Positions 1 through 12,589 are shown, counted from the stretch's first letter. The stretch is DNA of 64,000 bases from Octopus vulgaris (GCA_951406725.2 CATOCA020000004.1:248001-312000); one strand, 5' to 3'. Notes: generated by a model not told the origin, from the letters alone. Numbers and translations are program-made.

Positions 1-139
1 TAGCGTGACCTTCAAGGTGGAGGTGGTAGTGGCGGGGAGGGGGAGGGGGCGGAAGGTTAAGAGCCACAGAATAAAATCGGTTGTGTTGGTGGTGCTGGTG
101 GGGGGGGGGGGAGGAAGAGAGAGGGGGGCACAATGCATG

Positions 140-650
140 GCGGTGGTGGTGGTGGTGGTGGTGGTGGTGGATAGTACTATAGGAGAGGGGGTGGGTCTAG
201 CAAGTGTGGATAGGGGTGAGGTGGGGGAAGAGGTGTATAGCAAAAGCGGTGGGTGGTGATTTGGGTGGTATTTGCATGTTGTTGTTGTTGTTATGGTGGT
301 GGTGGTGGTGGTTGTTGCGGTGGTGATAGCTGTGGTGATGGTGATGGTGGTTGCTGTTGTGGCGGTGGTGATATTTGTGGTGGTTTCGGAGGTGGTTGTT
401 TCGGTTGTAGTTGTGGTGATAGCTGTCAGTGGTGACGGTGGGGTTGGTGGTGGTGATGGTAGTAGTGGTAGTAGTGGTGGTGATGGTTGTAGTAATGGTG
501 GTGGTGATGGTGGTGGTGGAGGTTTCGGTGTTAGTAGTGGTAGTGGTGGAGGTTTCGGTGATAGTGGTGGTGGTACTGGTGGTGGTGATGGTGATGGTTG
601 TGGTGGTGGCGTTAGTGATGGTGGTGGTGAATAATATTTATGTTGTTGTT
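140..650. repeat. (GGT)n/(GTT)n degenerate trinucleotide low-complexity region
   Basis: Runs of ggt/gtt/agt; the ORF-track poly-V/G/C translations come from this. Confidence 0.9.
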
Positions 651-971
651 GCTGCTTGGTTGCTGTGTTGGCATTGCCCGTGGTTATAGAAACGAAACGA
701 GAGGTTTATTGCCATTTCACGCATGGCGTGGCAGCAAAGAGAACCGCCGAAGGATCAATCTCCGCGAAAGTCAGTGTTTTGTTGGAGGACAAAAAACAAA
801 AAAAAAAACACACACACAAAAAAAAACCAAAAATTCAAGGAAAAGAACAAAACAAACATGAAACGACCCCCCCCCCCAATACCACAACCAAAAAACAAAA
901 AAAAAACAAGACAAAAAAAACAGCAAACAAATAGCGACAACAACGACGTCTACAACACACAACAATGCAAA

Positions 972-1030
972 TGGGGGTGGAAGTGTTGGGGGTGGAAGTG
1001 TTGGGGGTGGAAGTGTTGGGGGTGGGGTGT
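972..1030 (+). repeat. 15-bp G-rich tandem repeat (TGGGGGTGGAAGTGT)x3 plus partial
   Basis: Direct reading; four G5 runs. Confidence 0.85.
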
Positions 1031-1170
1031 TTAAAAAAAAAAACCCCGCAACAATAATTGCAGTAACAATATTGTTGCTACTACTGCGGCTCCTGCTACT
1101 CTGTACACGAGCACGAAGGAAGGGGGAAAGAAAGAGGATGAAAGCGATAAGAAGAAATATTTGAAACGTA

Positions 1171-1449
1171 AATATATATATATATATATATATATACATA
1201 TGAATATATGTATATATGTATATGTATATATGAATATATACATGTATATATATATATATGTATATATGTATATATGTATATGTATATATGAATATATATA
1301 TGTATATATATAAATATGTATATATGTATATATATATATATGTATATATGTATATGTATGTATGTATATATATATATATGTATGTATATATATGTATATG
1401 TATGTATATATATGTATATGTATGTATATAAATGTATATGTATGTATGT

Positions 1450-1483
<34 letters not shown>

Positions 1484-1532
1484 GTATATATATATGTATG
1501 TATATATATATGTATGTATATATATATGTATG

Positions 1533-1565
<33 letters not shown>

Positions 1566-1623
1566 GTATATATATGTATATAAATGTATGTATATAAATG
1601 TGTATATATATATATATATACAC

Positions 1624-1674
<51 letters not shown>

Positions 1675-1710
1675 TATATGTGTATATATATATATATGTA
1701 TGTATATATA
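1171..1710. repeat. (TA)n/(TATG)n compound microsatellite
   Basis: Direct reading. Confidence 0.95.
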
Positions 1711-1711
1711 T

Positions 1712-2103
1712 TTTTTTTCTAGTCTCAGCTCAGAGCTGCGGCCATGCTGATGCACCGCCGTTTTGTGCTACACTGTTATTACTAAGAGCCTCCTCTAATA
1801 TGTGGCACTTGGTGAAGAATGGAGTTTGATATAGCTACTCTCATTTGCACCTCTTGCCGTGAGGTAGGTTCATGTGGGACTCTTGACAGGAAGATGTCCA
1901 GCTTTGATTTAAAAACCGCTACATCTACTTTGTGCAAGTTCCTCAGACTCTTTGGGAGAATATTAAAAAGCTGTGGGCCCTTGAAACCCAGGCTGTTGCA
2001 GAAGCTGGTCCTGAAGCGTGATGGCATTGCTGGGATCTTTGGCACTATGCAGTGTCGTCCCGTTCTAGAATTGGTGTAGCTCACAATGCCAGGATCTTCC
2101 AGA
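1712..2103 (-). mobile_element. 5'-truncated CR1/L2-group LINE: ORF2 C-terminus, 3' UTR and A-tail
   Basis: Minus ORF 1782-2084 reads ...[40 protein letters not shown], the FN-LP...FK-KLD-FL C-terminal motif of CR1-group ORF2. It ends in GGCGGTGCATCAGCATGGCCGCAGCTCTGAGCTGAGACTAG(A)8. Confidence 0.85.
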
Positions 2104-2525
2104 CATGTATATATATATGTATATATATATGTATATATATATGTATATATATATATATGTATATATATGTATGTATATATATATGTATGTATATATGTAT
2201 ATATATATGTATGTATATATATATATATGTATATATATATATGTATATGTATATATGTATGTATATATATGTATATATATGTATGTATGTATATATGTAT
2301 ATATATGTATGTATATATGTATATATATATGTATGTATATATGTATATATATATATATGTATATATGTATATGTGTATATATATGTGTATATATATATAT
2401 AGATATGTATATGTGTATATATATATATAGATATGTATATGTGTATATATATATATATATGTATGTATATGTGTATATATATATATATGTATGTATATGT
2501 GTATATATATATATATGTATGTATA
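2104..2525. repeat. (TA)n/(TATG)n microsatellite
   Basis: Direct reading. Confidence 0.95.
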
Positions 2526-2532
2526 TCTTTCT

Positions 2533-2945
2533 CTTTTTACTCTTTACTCTTTTACTTGTTTCAGTCATTTGACTGCGGCCATGCTGGAGCACCGCCTTTA
2601 GTCGAGGAAATCGACCCCGGAACTTATTCTTTGTAAGCCCAGTACTTATTCTATTGGTCTCTTGTGCCAAACCGCTAAGTGACGGGGACGTAAACACACC
2701 AGCATCAGTTGTCAAGCAATGCTAGGGGGACAAACACAGACACACAAACATATAAACACATATATATATATACATATATACGACAGGCTTCTTTCAGTTT
2801 CCGTCTACCAAATCCACTCACAAGGCATTGGTCGGCCCGAAGCTATAGCAGAAGACACTTGCCCAAGGTGCCACGCAGTGGGACTGAACCCGGAACCATG
2901 TGGTTGGATAGCAAGCTACTTACCACACAGCCACTCCTGCGCCTA
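2533..2945 (-). mobile_element. SINE family A, full length (tRNA head, internal (TA)n(TG)n, CR1-like tail)
   Basis: Head AGGCGCAGGAGTGGCTGTGTGGTAAG (A box) and GGTTCAGTCCC (B box); tail GGCGGTGCTCCAGCATGGCCGCAGTCAAATGACTGAAACAAGTAAAAGAGT; more than 25 copies or fragments in the window. Confidence 0.9.
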
Positions 2946-3060
2946 TATATATATATATATTTATATGTATATGTGTATATATATGTATATGTGTATATAT
3001 ATGTATATATATGTATATGTGTATATATATGTATATATATGTATATGTGTATATATATGT

Positions 3061-3116
<56 letters not shown>

Positions 3117-3133
3117 GTATATGTGTATATATA

Positions 3134-3166
<33 letters not shown>

Positions 3167-3441
3167 TTATATGTATATGTGTATATATATGTATATATGT
3201 ATATGTGTGTATATATATGTATATATGTATATGTGTATATATATATATGTATATATATATGTATATATATATGTATATATGTGTATGTATATATATATGT
3301 ATATGTGTATATTTATATGTATATGTATATATATATGTATATGTGTATATTTATATGTATATGTGTATATTTATATGTATATGTGTATATATATATGTAT
3401 ATGTGTATATATATATGTATATGTATATATATATGTATATG

Positions 3442-3515
<74 letters not shown>

Positions 3516-3830
3516 AGAATATATATGTGTGTGTGTGTGTGAGATGTGTATATATGTTTGTGTGTGTGTGTGTGTGTGATGTGCATATATGTATGTATAT
3601 ATATGTGTGTGTGATGTGTATTAATGTATGTATTTGTGTGTGTGATGTATATATATATGTGTGATGTATGTATATATATATGAGTGTATATATATATATA
3701 AATATATATGTATGTATATATAAATATAGATACAGGTAGATAAAACTTACTTGGAAAAGGATGCGTGGCGTTCGATCATATAATAATATAAATAACATAA
3801 ATATATGCATATATACATATATGTACATAC

Positions 3831-3917
<87 letters not shown>

Positions 3918-3998
3918 TATATAGATATATATATAGATATATAGATATATATATAGATATATAGATATATATATAGATATATATATAGATATATAGAT

Positions 3999-4063
<65 letters not shown>

Positions 4064-4230
4064 TATATATATAGATATAGATATATATATAGATATAGAT
4101 ATATATATAGATATAGATATATATATAGATATAGATATAGATATAGATATAGATATAGATATATATATATATAGATATATATATAGATATATATATATAT
4201 ATAGATATATATATATAGAGAGAGAGAGAG
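2946..4230. repeat. Compound (TA)n/(TATG)n/(TG)n/(ATAG)n microsatellite
   Basis: Direct reading. Confidence 0.9.
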
Positions 4231-4509
4231 GGGTGAGGGTGTGTCAGGTGTGATGTACTGAAATTGAATATTGAGAAAAAAATTTAGAAAAGAATCCTTT
4301 TATTTATTCATTATTATTGGCGCTTTCGATCGATTCTCGAACTTGTGAATTAAAATTATGTGATCGTACACACAGCTTGTTCATTTATATAAAACAGATG
4401 TTTTGGCGGGGTGTTGTTTCGAATGGAACATTTCTTTTGGGGTGAGTTTCCAAGACAATGGAGATGGCTATATAGAAATATAGGTAGGTAGATAGGCTGA
4501 TAGATAGAT

Positions 4510-4550
<41 letters not shown>

Positions 4551-4769
4551 TAAACAGATGAGTAGGTGAAGGGAGAGGGAAGGGGTTTCTCTCTTCCTAT
4601 TCACCATTCATTTATTTATTAATTTACTTCGTCTTTTACCATTGTATTGGAATGGATTTAAGGATGGTGACCTCTTCAAAAAAAAAAAAAAAACAGGTGC
4701 GTTTTGTTTTATTTCTCTCCCCCTTTTTCTTTCTTCTTTCCTGTTTCCTGTGTGTGTGTGTGTGTGTGT

Positions 4770-5195
4770 GTGTTTGTTTGTCCCCCTAGTATTGCTTGAC
4801 AACTGATGCTGGTGTGTTTACTTCCCCGTCACCCTAGCGGTTCGGCAAGAGAGACCGATAGAATAAGTACGGGGCGTACAAAGAATAAGTCCTGGCGTCG
4901 ATTTGCTCGACTAAAGGCGGTGCTCCAGCATGGCCGCAGTCAAAAAGGACAGAAACCATAGAATAAAGAATGCATATAAAACTGTGCGCGTGTCTTCGTG
5001 TTTGTTTCCGCCCCCTCCTCTAGCACCGCTTGACAACCGGTGTTGGTGCGCTTACGTCCCCCTGAGTTAGCGGTTCGGCGTGTGAAGAACCGATAGAATA
5101 AGTAGCCACCCCCACCAAAAAAGAAAATGTTTCTGGAGGCAATTTGTTCGACTAAAAACCCGTCAAAGCCTTGCCCCAGCATGGCCGCAGTCGGG
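4770..5195 (+). mobile_element. Two SINE-A tail halves in tandem (second one diverged)
   Basis: gtccccctagtattgcttgacaac...gcatggccgcagtc occurs twice. Confidence 0.8.
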
Positions 5196-5444
5196 ACATT
5201 TGTTGTAGCAGCAGCAGCAGTAGCAGCAGCAGCAACGGTTTGATAGTCATTGTACTATTCTTGTTGGAAGCAATGATATCTTTGGCGATATTTTTATGTC
5301 GTACTTATAACCAACACTGTGGTGATGGCGATGGCGGCGCCAGCAGCAGTAGTAGCCGTAGTAGTAGCCGTAGTAGTAGTAGTAGTAGTAGTGATCATAG
5401 TATGTCCTAGTTTTACTAGTAGTAATAGTAGCGGTGAGCGATGT

Positions 5445-5478
5445 TGTGGGGGACAAACGCAAACATACACACACACAG

Positions 5479-5509
<31 letters not shown>

Positions 5510-5568
5510 CGACTGGCTTCTTTCAGTTTAGGTCTACCAAATCCACTCACAAGGCTTTGGTCGTGCCC
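5445..5568 (-). mobile_element. SINE-A internal fragment
   Basis: ggggacaaac...(CA)n...ctaccaaatccactcacaaggctttggtc. Confidence 0.75.
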
Positions 5569-5606
5569 AAGTAGTGGTGGTAGCAGTAGTGGTATTGGTA
5601 ATGGTG

Positions 5607-6528
5607 GTAGTAGTAGTGATCATAGTATATGTTCTAGTTTTACTAGTAGTAATAGTAGTGGTGGTGGTGATCGTAGTAGTGATCATAGTATATGTCCTAG
5701 TTTTACTAGTAGTAATAGTAGTGGTGGTGGTGATCGTAGTAGTGATCATAGTATATGTCCTAGTTTTACTAGTAGTAATAGTAGTGGTGGTGGTGATCGT
5801 AGTAGTGATCATTGTATATGTCCTAGTTTTACTAGTAGTAATAGTAGTGGTGGTGGTGATCGTAGTAGTGATCATAGTATATGTCCTAGTTTTACTAGTA
5901 GTAATAGTAGTGGTGGTGGTGATCGTAGTAGTGATCATTGTATATGTCCTAGTTTTACTAGTAGTAATAGTAGTGGTGGTGGTGATCGTAGTAGTGATCA
6001 TAGTATATGTCCTAGTTTTACTAGTAGTAATAGTAGTGGTGGTGGTGATCGTAGTAGTGATCATTGTATATGTCCTAGTTTTACTAGTAGTAATAGTAGT
6101 GGTGGTGGTGATCGTAGTAGTGATCATAGTATATGTCCTAGTTTTACTAGTAGTAATAGTAGTGGTGGTGGTGATAGTAGTAGTGATCATAGTATATGTC
6201 CTAGTTTTACTAGTAGTAATAGTAGTGGTGGTGGTGATAGTAGTAGTGATCATAGTATATGTCCTAGTTTTACTAGTAGTAATAGTAGTGGTGGTGGTGA
6301 TAGTAGTAGTGATCATAGTATATGTCCTAGTTTTACTAGTAGTAATAGTAGTGGTGGTGGTGATCGTAGTAGTGATCATTGTATATGTCCTAGTTTTACT
6401 AGTAGTAATAGTAGTGGTGGTGGTGATCGTAGTAGTGATCATAGTATATGTCCTAGTTTTACTAGTAGTAATAGTAGTGGTGGTGGTGATAGTAGTAGTG
6501 GTCATAGTATATGTGCTAGTTTTACTAC

Positions 6529-6545
<17 letters not shown>
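5607..6545. repeat. 63-bp minisatellite, about 15 copies (orphan unit at about 5385-5440)
   Basis: Unit cgtagtagtgatcatagtatatgtcctagttttactagtagtaatagtagtggtggtggtgat; 21-aa periodicity in three ORF-track frames. Confidence 0.95.
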
Positions 6546-6563
<18 letters not shown>

Positions 6564-6936
6564 ATGATAGTGATGTAATACTTGTGTCGGCGATGGTGGT
6601 GGTTGTAGCATTGGTTCTGGCAGTTGTAGTGGTGGTCATGTTTGCAGTGATGTTGGTTGTGGCTGCGGTGATAGTATCGTTGGGGTTTGTGTGGTGACGA
6701 TGCCGTTGTTATTGTTGCTGTTCTTGGTGGTGGTGTCGGTGATAGCGGCGATGTTTGTGACGATGGTGATGGTTGTAATGGTAGTGGTTCTGGCGATGGT
6801 GGTGGTGTTGTTGTTGTTGTTGGTGCTGGTGTTGGTGCTGGTGTTGGTGTTGTTGGTGTTGGTGGCGGCGGCGGCGAAACTAGCGATCAACTCCAGACGG
6901 CATCGTATGTCAGTTAAATATGCGACGGTTGTAATC

Positions 6937-7201
6937 TAGTAGTAGTAGTAGTCGTAGCAGTAGTCGTAGTAGTAGTAGTCGTAGTAGTAGTCGTAGTAGT
7001 AGTCGTAGCAGTAGTAATAGTCGTAGTAGTAGTCGTAGTAGTAATCGTAGCAGTAGTCGTAGTAATAGTCGTAGTAGTAGTCGTTGTAGTAGTCGTAGTA
7101 GTCGTAGTAGTAGTAATAGTAGTAGTAGTATTATTAGTAGTAGTAGTTGTAGTAGTAGTAGTAGTTGTAATAGTAGTGGTAGTAGTAGTAGTAGTAGTAG
7201 T
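6937..7201. repeat. (AGT)n/(CGT) trinucleotide repeat
   Basis: Direct reading. Confidence 0.9.
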
Positions 7202-7457
7202 AAACAAACACCCGCGGATCAGAGAGTTGTTTCCGGAAATGCATATGTCTGCAACGAGTAGACTGCGGGGACGGGTAGGATTGTGGGTAATGATGGTGTC
7301 GGTCTGGGTGGAGGACAGGGTGAGGCGATGGTATAATGGTGACAGACGTGGTGCTGGAGGTTGAGGTTGTAGAGGTGTATATATATGTATATACATGTAT
7401 GGTATAGATGTATAAATGATACATATACAATCACATGCACGTAAAAAAAATATATAA

Positions 7458-7885
<428 letters not shown>

Positions 7886-8056
7886 ATGTGTAAGTATATG
7901 TGTATATGTATGTGTACATGTGTGTGTATATATATGTATATATATGTGTGTGTGTGTGTGTGTATATACATATATATATATGTGTGTGTATATATGTATA
8001 TATGTGCATATTCATACATACATACCTATAGATAGATAAGTACATAAATGCAGATA

Positions 8057-8224
8057 TAGGCGTAGGAGTGGCTGTGTGGTAAGTAGCTTGCTTACGAACC
8101 ACATGGTTCCGGGTTCAGTCCCACTGCGTGGCACCTTGAGGTAAGTGTCTTCTACTATAGCCTCGGGTCGACCAAAGCCTTGTGAGTGGATTTGGTAGAC
8201 GGAAACTGAAAGAAGCCCGTCATA

Positions 8225-8295
<71 letters not shown>

Positions 8296-8495
8296 TTGTA
8301 CACCCAATATCGCTTGACAACCGATGCTGGTGTGTTTACGTCCCCGTAACTTAGCGGTACGGCAAAAAGAGACCGATAGAATAAGTACTAAGCTTACAAA
8401 GAATAAGTCCAGGAGTCGATTTGCTCGACTAAAGGCGGTGCTCCAGCATGGCCACAGTCACATAACTGAAACAAGTAAAAGAGTAAAAGAGAGAG
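8057..8495 (+). mobile_element. SINE family A, full length
   Basis: Matches the A consensus from head to tail. Confidence 0.9.
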
Positions 8496-8596
8496 TATAC
8501 AATCGAAGCTGTGTCCTGGGGATGCAGATCTGCAAGTTCACATTAACCAAGAGAATGTTTGTAGGTGTTTTATTTCGAAGGAGATATAACATAACG

Positions 8597-8972
8597 TGAG
8601 GCGCAATGACCCAGTGGTTAGGGCAGCGGACTCGCGGTCGTAGGATCGCGTTTTCGATTCCCAGACCGGGCGTTGTGAGTGTTTATTGAGCGAAAACACC
8701 TAAAAGCTCCACGAGGCTCCAGCAGGGGATGGTGGTGATCCCTGCTGTACTCTTTCACCACAACTTTCTCTCACTCTTACTTCCTGTTTCTGTTGTACCT
8801 ATATTTCAAAGGGCCGGCCTCTGTGTCACGCTGAATATCCCCGAGAACTACGTTAAGGGTACACGTGTCTGTGGAGTGCTCAGCCACTTGCACGTTCGTA
8901 TCACGAGCAGGCTGTTCCGTTGATTGGGATCAACCGGAAGACTCGTCGTCGCAACCGACGGAGTGCTTCCAT
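8597..8972 (+). mobile_element. SINE family C (tRNA-Arg-like head, possibly octopus OR1/OR2 type) with tail C1
   Basis: GAGGCGCAATGACCCAGTGGTTAGGGCAGCGGACTCGCGGTCG...TTCGATTCC; a near-identical copy lies on the minus strand at 36805-37190. The family name is from memory. Confidence 0.85.
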
Positions 8973-9243
8973 CCCATCCATAACATAACGATTGAAATTG
9001 TTGGTGAATCCAGTTTGCTGAATAATTAATTAATCGAGTAATTACATTTCAAAATAAACAGACTCGGGAAATTTGGCATAGTTTTAATTCCATGTTACAC
9101 CTGTTTCGTTATAGGATAGCAGTTACGAAGGTATATATGGAGAAGTAAAAAACATGTATACGGTCTCTTATCCGTATTTCTGAAGACAAAGCTTCAGAAA
9201 TAACACGAAATTAGTATTCACTATTATTATTTTTATTATTATC

Positions 9244-9474
9244 TATTTCTTTATTGCCCACAAGGGGCTAAACATAGAGGGGACAAACAAGGACAGATAA
9301 ATGGATTAAATCGATTACATCGACCCCAGTGCGTAACTGGTACTTAATTTATCGACCCCGAAAGGATGAAAGGCAAAGTCGACCTCGGCGGAATTTGAAC
9401 TCAGAACGCAACGACAGACGCAATACCGCTAAGCATTTCGCCCGGTGTGCTAACGTTTCTGCCAGCTCGCCGCC
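9244..9474 (-). mobile_element. SINE family B with tail 1
   Basis: Head GGCGAGCTGGCAGAAACGTTAGCA...GAGTTCAAATTCC; central GTCGACTTTGCCTTTCATCCTTTCGGGGTCGATAAATTAAGTACCAG (resembles the Meta/MESC domain, from memory); tail GTCCTTGTTTGTCCCCTC...GCCCCTTGTGGGCAATAAAGAAATA. Confidence 0.85.
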
Positions 9475-9482
9475 TTTTTTAT

Positions 9483-9803
9483 TATTATTATTTTATGTTT
9501 GACTTTTGCTTTGCATTTGTACAAGTTGGCTCCAAGTCTCACCCAGAAACCTCAAGAAGAAACAATTTAGAAGTTCATGTTGGTGTTATGCCTAGGGTGT
9601 CATATATTTGGTTTTGCACATAGTATTGTTCTAGAGAATGTTTAAGAAAACATTAAAAAATTATGTTTGTTTTAAAAATTGAGATTACATAGACAGTATT
9701 TTACGTAGGATATGGGCAGTTCCCATGAGCATTGTCCTTTGAATTTCTGCCATTGTGGGATTTCTTGGTATCTGAGCTAGGTAAGAATCAGTCCCTTTTT
9801 CTA
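9483..9803 (-). mobile_element. R4/Dong-clade LINE 3' fragment
   Basis: Minus strand translates as LEKGTDSYLAQIPRNPTMAEIQRTMLMGTAHILRKILSM* (stop at 9685-9687), the GTA-ILRK C-terminus of R4/Dong ORFs; the 3' UTR ends in (TAA)n. Confidence 0.8.
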
Positions 9804-9839
9804 ACGGTTCTGCCATCTTGCTGCCTTAATAATAATAAT

Positions 9840-9975
9840 GGAACTGCACGCATATTGCGTAAAGTACTGTTTGTCTGGGGTCCTTGTTGTGACTTGACAA
9901 ACAGTACAAACCCCTGGTAGACACAATATCTTCAATCAACAACCTCACAATATTGTATACTGTGCAATGTCTATA
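9840..9975 (+). mobile_element. Second R4/Dong-clade LINE 3' fragment
   Basis: GTARILRKVL starting at 9840, flanked on both sides by (TAA)n. Confidence 0.75.
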
Positions 9976-10000
9976 ACAATAATAATAATAATAATAATAA

Positions 10001-10557
10001 ATGCCCTGATGCAGTACCAGGCAGTGGCTCTCATGGCTTCTGATCTTAACTGATTGGAAGTGTTATCATGTACATTGATTTGTCTTGGTATAAAAGATGG
10101 CCTACAGCAAATATTCTGCTCAATACCACAGATTTGCTTGTCAGTTGTTTGACTATAACCAGTTGAGCATGTCTCTTGGTGGCTGACGATACGTGCATCT
10201 CTGATCACGAGCAGAAGTAGTGGGGGAGCATCAAGGCCATGTGTTGAGAGGGCTTCTTTGGGGTTTGAATAATTCGCCTCTGGAAATATGGGTGTTTCGT
10301 TCAACATCCTTAAACAACCCTTATTGAGTGACCTTTTGAGCGGGATGGGTTACTCGACCAGAAGAAAATTCTAACTGGGCCCCACCTGCAAGGTCATGTG
10401 CGGTTTATCTTGGTATGAGATCACCATGTTGCGCACATATAGTTGTGATGCCTGCGCCCTGTGTACCCTTATCAGACGGGTAGTCATGATGGGTATACTG
10501 GGCTTCGTATATTTGTACCCCAGTGTCACTTTGATGGCATGCACTGCTCTCTCACTC
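10001..10557. mobile_element. Unclassified ~560-bp interspersed repeat D embedded in (AAT)n
   Basis: atgccctgatgcagtaccaggc...gcactgctctctcactc; other copies at 50578, 55938, 56778 and 58005-58420. Confidence 0.85.
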
Positions 10558-10604
10558 AACAACAATAATAATAAAAAATAATAACAATCCATGCTAATAA
10601 ATAT

Positions 10605-10795
10605 ACAAGGCCTGAAATTTGGGGGGAGGGGAATAGTTGATTACATCGACCCCAGTGTTTCACTGGTAATTAATTTTTCGATCTCGAAAGAATGAACAGT
10701 AAAGTCGACCTGGGCGGAATTTGAACCCAGAGCGTAAAGACAGTGAAATACAGCTAAGCGTGTTGTCCGCTGTGGTAACGATTCTGCAAACTCGT
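10605..10795 (-). mobile_element. SINE family B with tail 2 (diverged)
   Basis: B body plus the ccctccccccaaatttcaggccttg tail. Confidence 0.75.
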
Positions 10796-11234
10796 TTTCT
10801 AGTTCAACAAAACTTTTCAAAAGTGGGTCCTCACCCGTCATGGCTGCATTCCAATGAGTGAAACAAGTAAAAAATAAACGAAAATGTCGAAATGACTTTA
10901 AAATTTCCTTTCGGGACCGATCGTCTCCAGAAATTTGTTGTTTTAATTGCACAGCTTTAAAATTCTCAAGGTTTCTACCAACAATTATTTCCGTTTATGT
11001 TTAGCAAAATAGCTGAAGATTTAAAACGTGTCCCGTAAATAGGTCAGCCGTACGACCCAATCAAATGTTCAGATTCCTATTCTCAAGCGAAATATGACAT
11101 CTGTCGCTTATAGAGGGCGTTGATCTAGATACAATTAAAAACTTATTTATCAATTCTAGACGTTTCCTTTTCATAAGCATCGAGAATCTCAATGCAAGAG
11201 CAGATACACGTGATCATTTTCTAATTCTTTACAC

Positions 11235-11387
11235 GTGGCTGGGTGGAAAGAAGCTTGCTTTTCAACCACATGGTTCAGGGTTCAGTCCCACTGCATCGCA
11301 CCTTGGGCAAGTGTCTTCTACTAGAGCCTCGAACCGACTAAAGCCTTCTGAGTGGATTTGGTAGACGGAAACTGAGAGAAGCCCGTC

Positions 11388-11390
<3 letters not shown>
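11235..11390 (+). mobile_element. SINE-A head only
   Basis: Head consensus ending in gaagcccgtcg followed by (TA)n. Confidence 0.8.
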
Positions 11391-11421
<31 letters not shown>

Positions 11422-11426
<5 letters not shown>

Positions 11427-11520
11427 GGTCCCGGGTTGAGTCGGGGTTAACCACAGTAAATAAGGTACTCAATACATAGCAGAGTAAATTAATTTATTAT
11501 ATAGAAGCTCCTTCTATATA

Positions 11521-11526
<6 letters not shown>
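11422..11526 (-). mobile_element. Possible LTR 3' end fragment in (TA)n, ending in a perfect 16-bp hairpin
   Basis: Minus strand has AATAAA...GGGACCTACA (terminal CA); ATTTATTATATAGAAG-CTC-CTTCTATATAATAAAT at 11492-11526. Confidence 0.35.
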
Positions 11527-11563
<37 letters not shown>

Positions 11564-11568
<5 letters not shown>

Positions 11569-11792
11569 CTTTACTGCCCACAAGGGGCTAAACATAGAGG
11601 GGACAAACAAGGACAGTCAAAGGGATTAAGCCAATTAAATCGACCCCAGTGAGAAACTGGTACTTTATTTATCGACCCCGAAAGGATGAAAGGTAAAGTC
11701 GACCTCGGCGGAATTTGAACTCAGAACGTTACGGCAGACGAAATACCGCAAAGCATTTCGCCCGGCGTGCTAACTTTTCTGCCCGCTCGCCA
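11564..11792 (-). mobile_element. SINE family B with tail 1
   Basis: Matches the 9244 copy. Confidence 0.85.
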
Positions 11793-11854
11793 TATATATA
11801 TATATATATAATATGCGCGTGTGTATGTATGTGTATATATATATATATATATAT

Positions 11855-11985
11855 AGTTAATCCAATCAAGAAAGCACAAAAAAAACACAATAACGCGAGA
11901 ACGTGGAACAAATATATAGGAGAAGTAAAGATCCAGAGAAGGGAAGACAGAGGGAAAAAAATCGCCAACGGTAGACACGAGGTCA
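11855..11985 (-). mobile_element. Element E (HHR-bearing PLE-type repeat), copy with the ribozyme segment deleted
   Basis: Matches 59258-59460 on both sides but lacks the central segment containing the HHR. Confidence 0.7.
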
Positions 11986-12150
11986 AATTTTTAGGTACTA
12001 TTTTAAGTACTGATATGTCTAATATTAATTGGCACATACCCGAAACGGCCCATAGATGGACTTCTGTATATCTTATATTTTTGTAAGCTTGTATATGTAT
12101 TATATTCTATGTCCTATTCGCCGGAATTTTATTCATCTTTTGATATGCCA
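11986..12150 (+). mobile_element. Element F partial copy (3' half of the long-stem-II HHR and downstream sequence)
   Basis: Near-identical to about 13377-13545. Confidence 0.75.
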
Positions 12151-12156
12151 TATATA

Positions 12157-12184
<28 letters not shown>

Positions 12185-12192
<8 letters not shown>

Positions 12193-12420
12193 CTTTGTGC
12201 CTGTATTTGTCCACCATCACCGCTTGACAACCGGTGCTGGTGTGCTTACGTCCCCGTATTCTAGCGGTTCGGCAAAAAACACGACCGATGGAATAAATAC
12301 CAGGTTTAACAAAAAATAATTGCTGGAGTCGATTCATTCGACTAGAAAATTCTCCGAGGCGTTGCCCCAGCATGGCCCCATTCTATTGATTGAAACAAGT
12401 AAAATATGGAACATAAAAGA
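12185..12420 (+). mobile_element. SINE-A tail half (diverged)
   Basis: cttgacaaccggtgctggtg...gcatggcc...tgaaacaagtaaaa. Confidence 0.75.
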
Positions 12421-12589
12421 TAAATTCGCTTCAAAATTTGGATATTTTCAACGGACGGTGTGGTCGGGGTACTATTCAATGACATACCGGCGTGTACGCA
12501 TAAGATCCGCTCGACGTTCCATAGGAAATTTAGAAATAGAAATAGCAATAAAAGTATGAGCTAAGCAATAACAATTGAATTAAGTTTAG

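Noticed and set aside
7201-7376. Short unique island with open minus-strand frames
   Set aside because: Too short, embedded in trinucleotide repeats, and without splice or homology support.
10001-10030. CTGATGCAG at the end of repeat D as an HHR
   Set aside because: No matching stem II-GAAA downstream.
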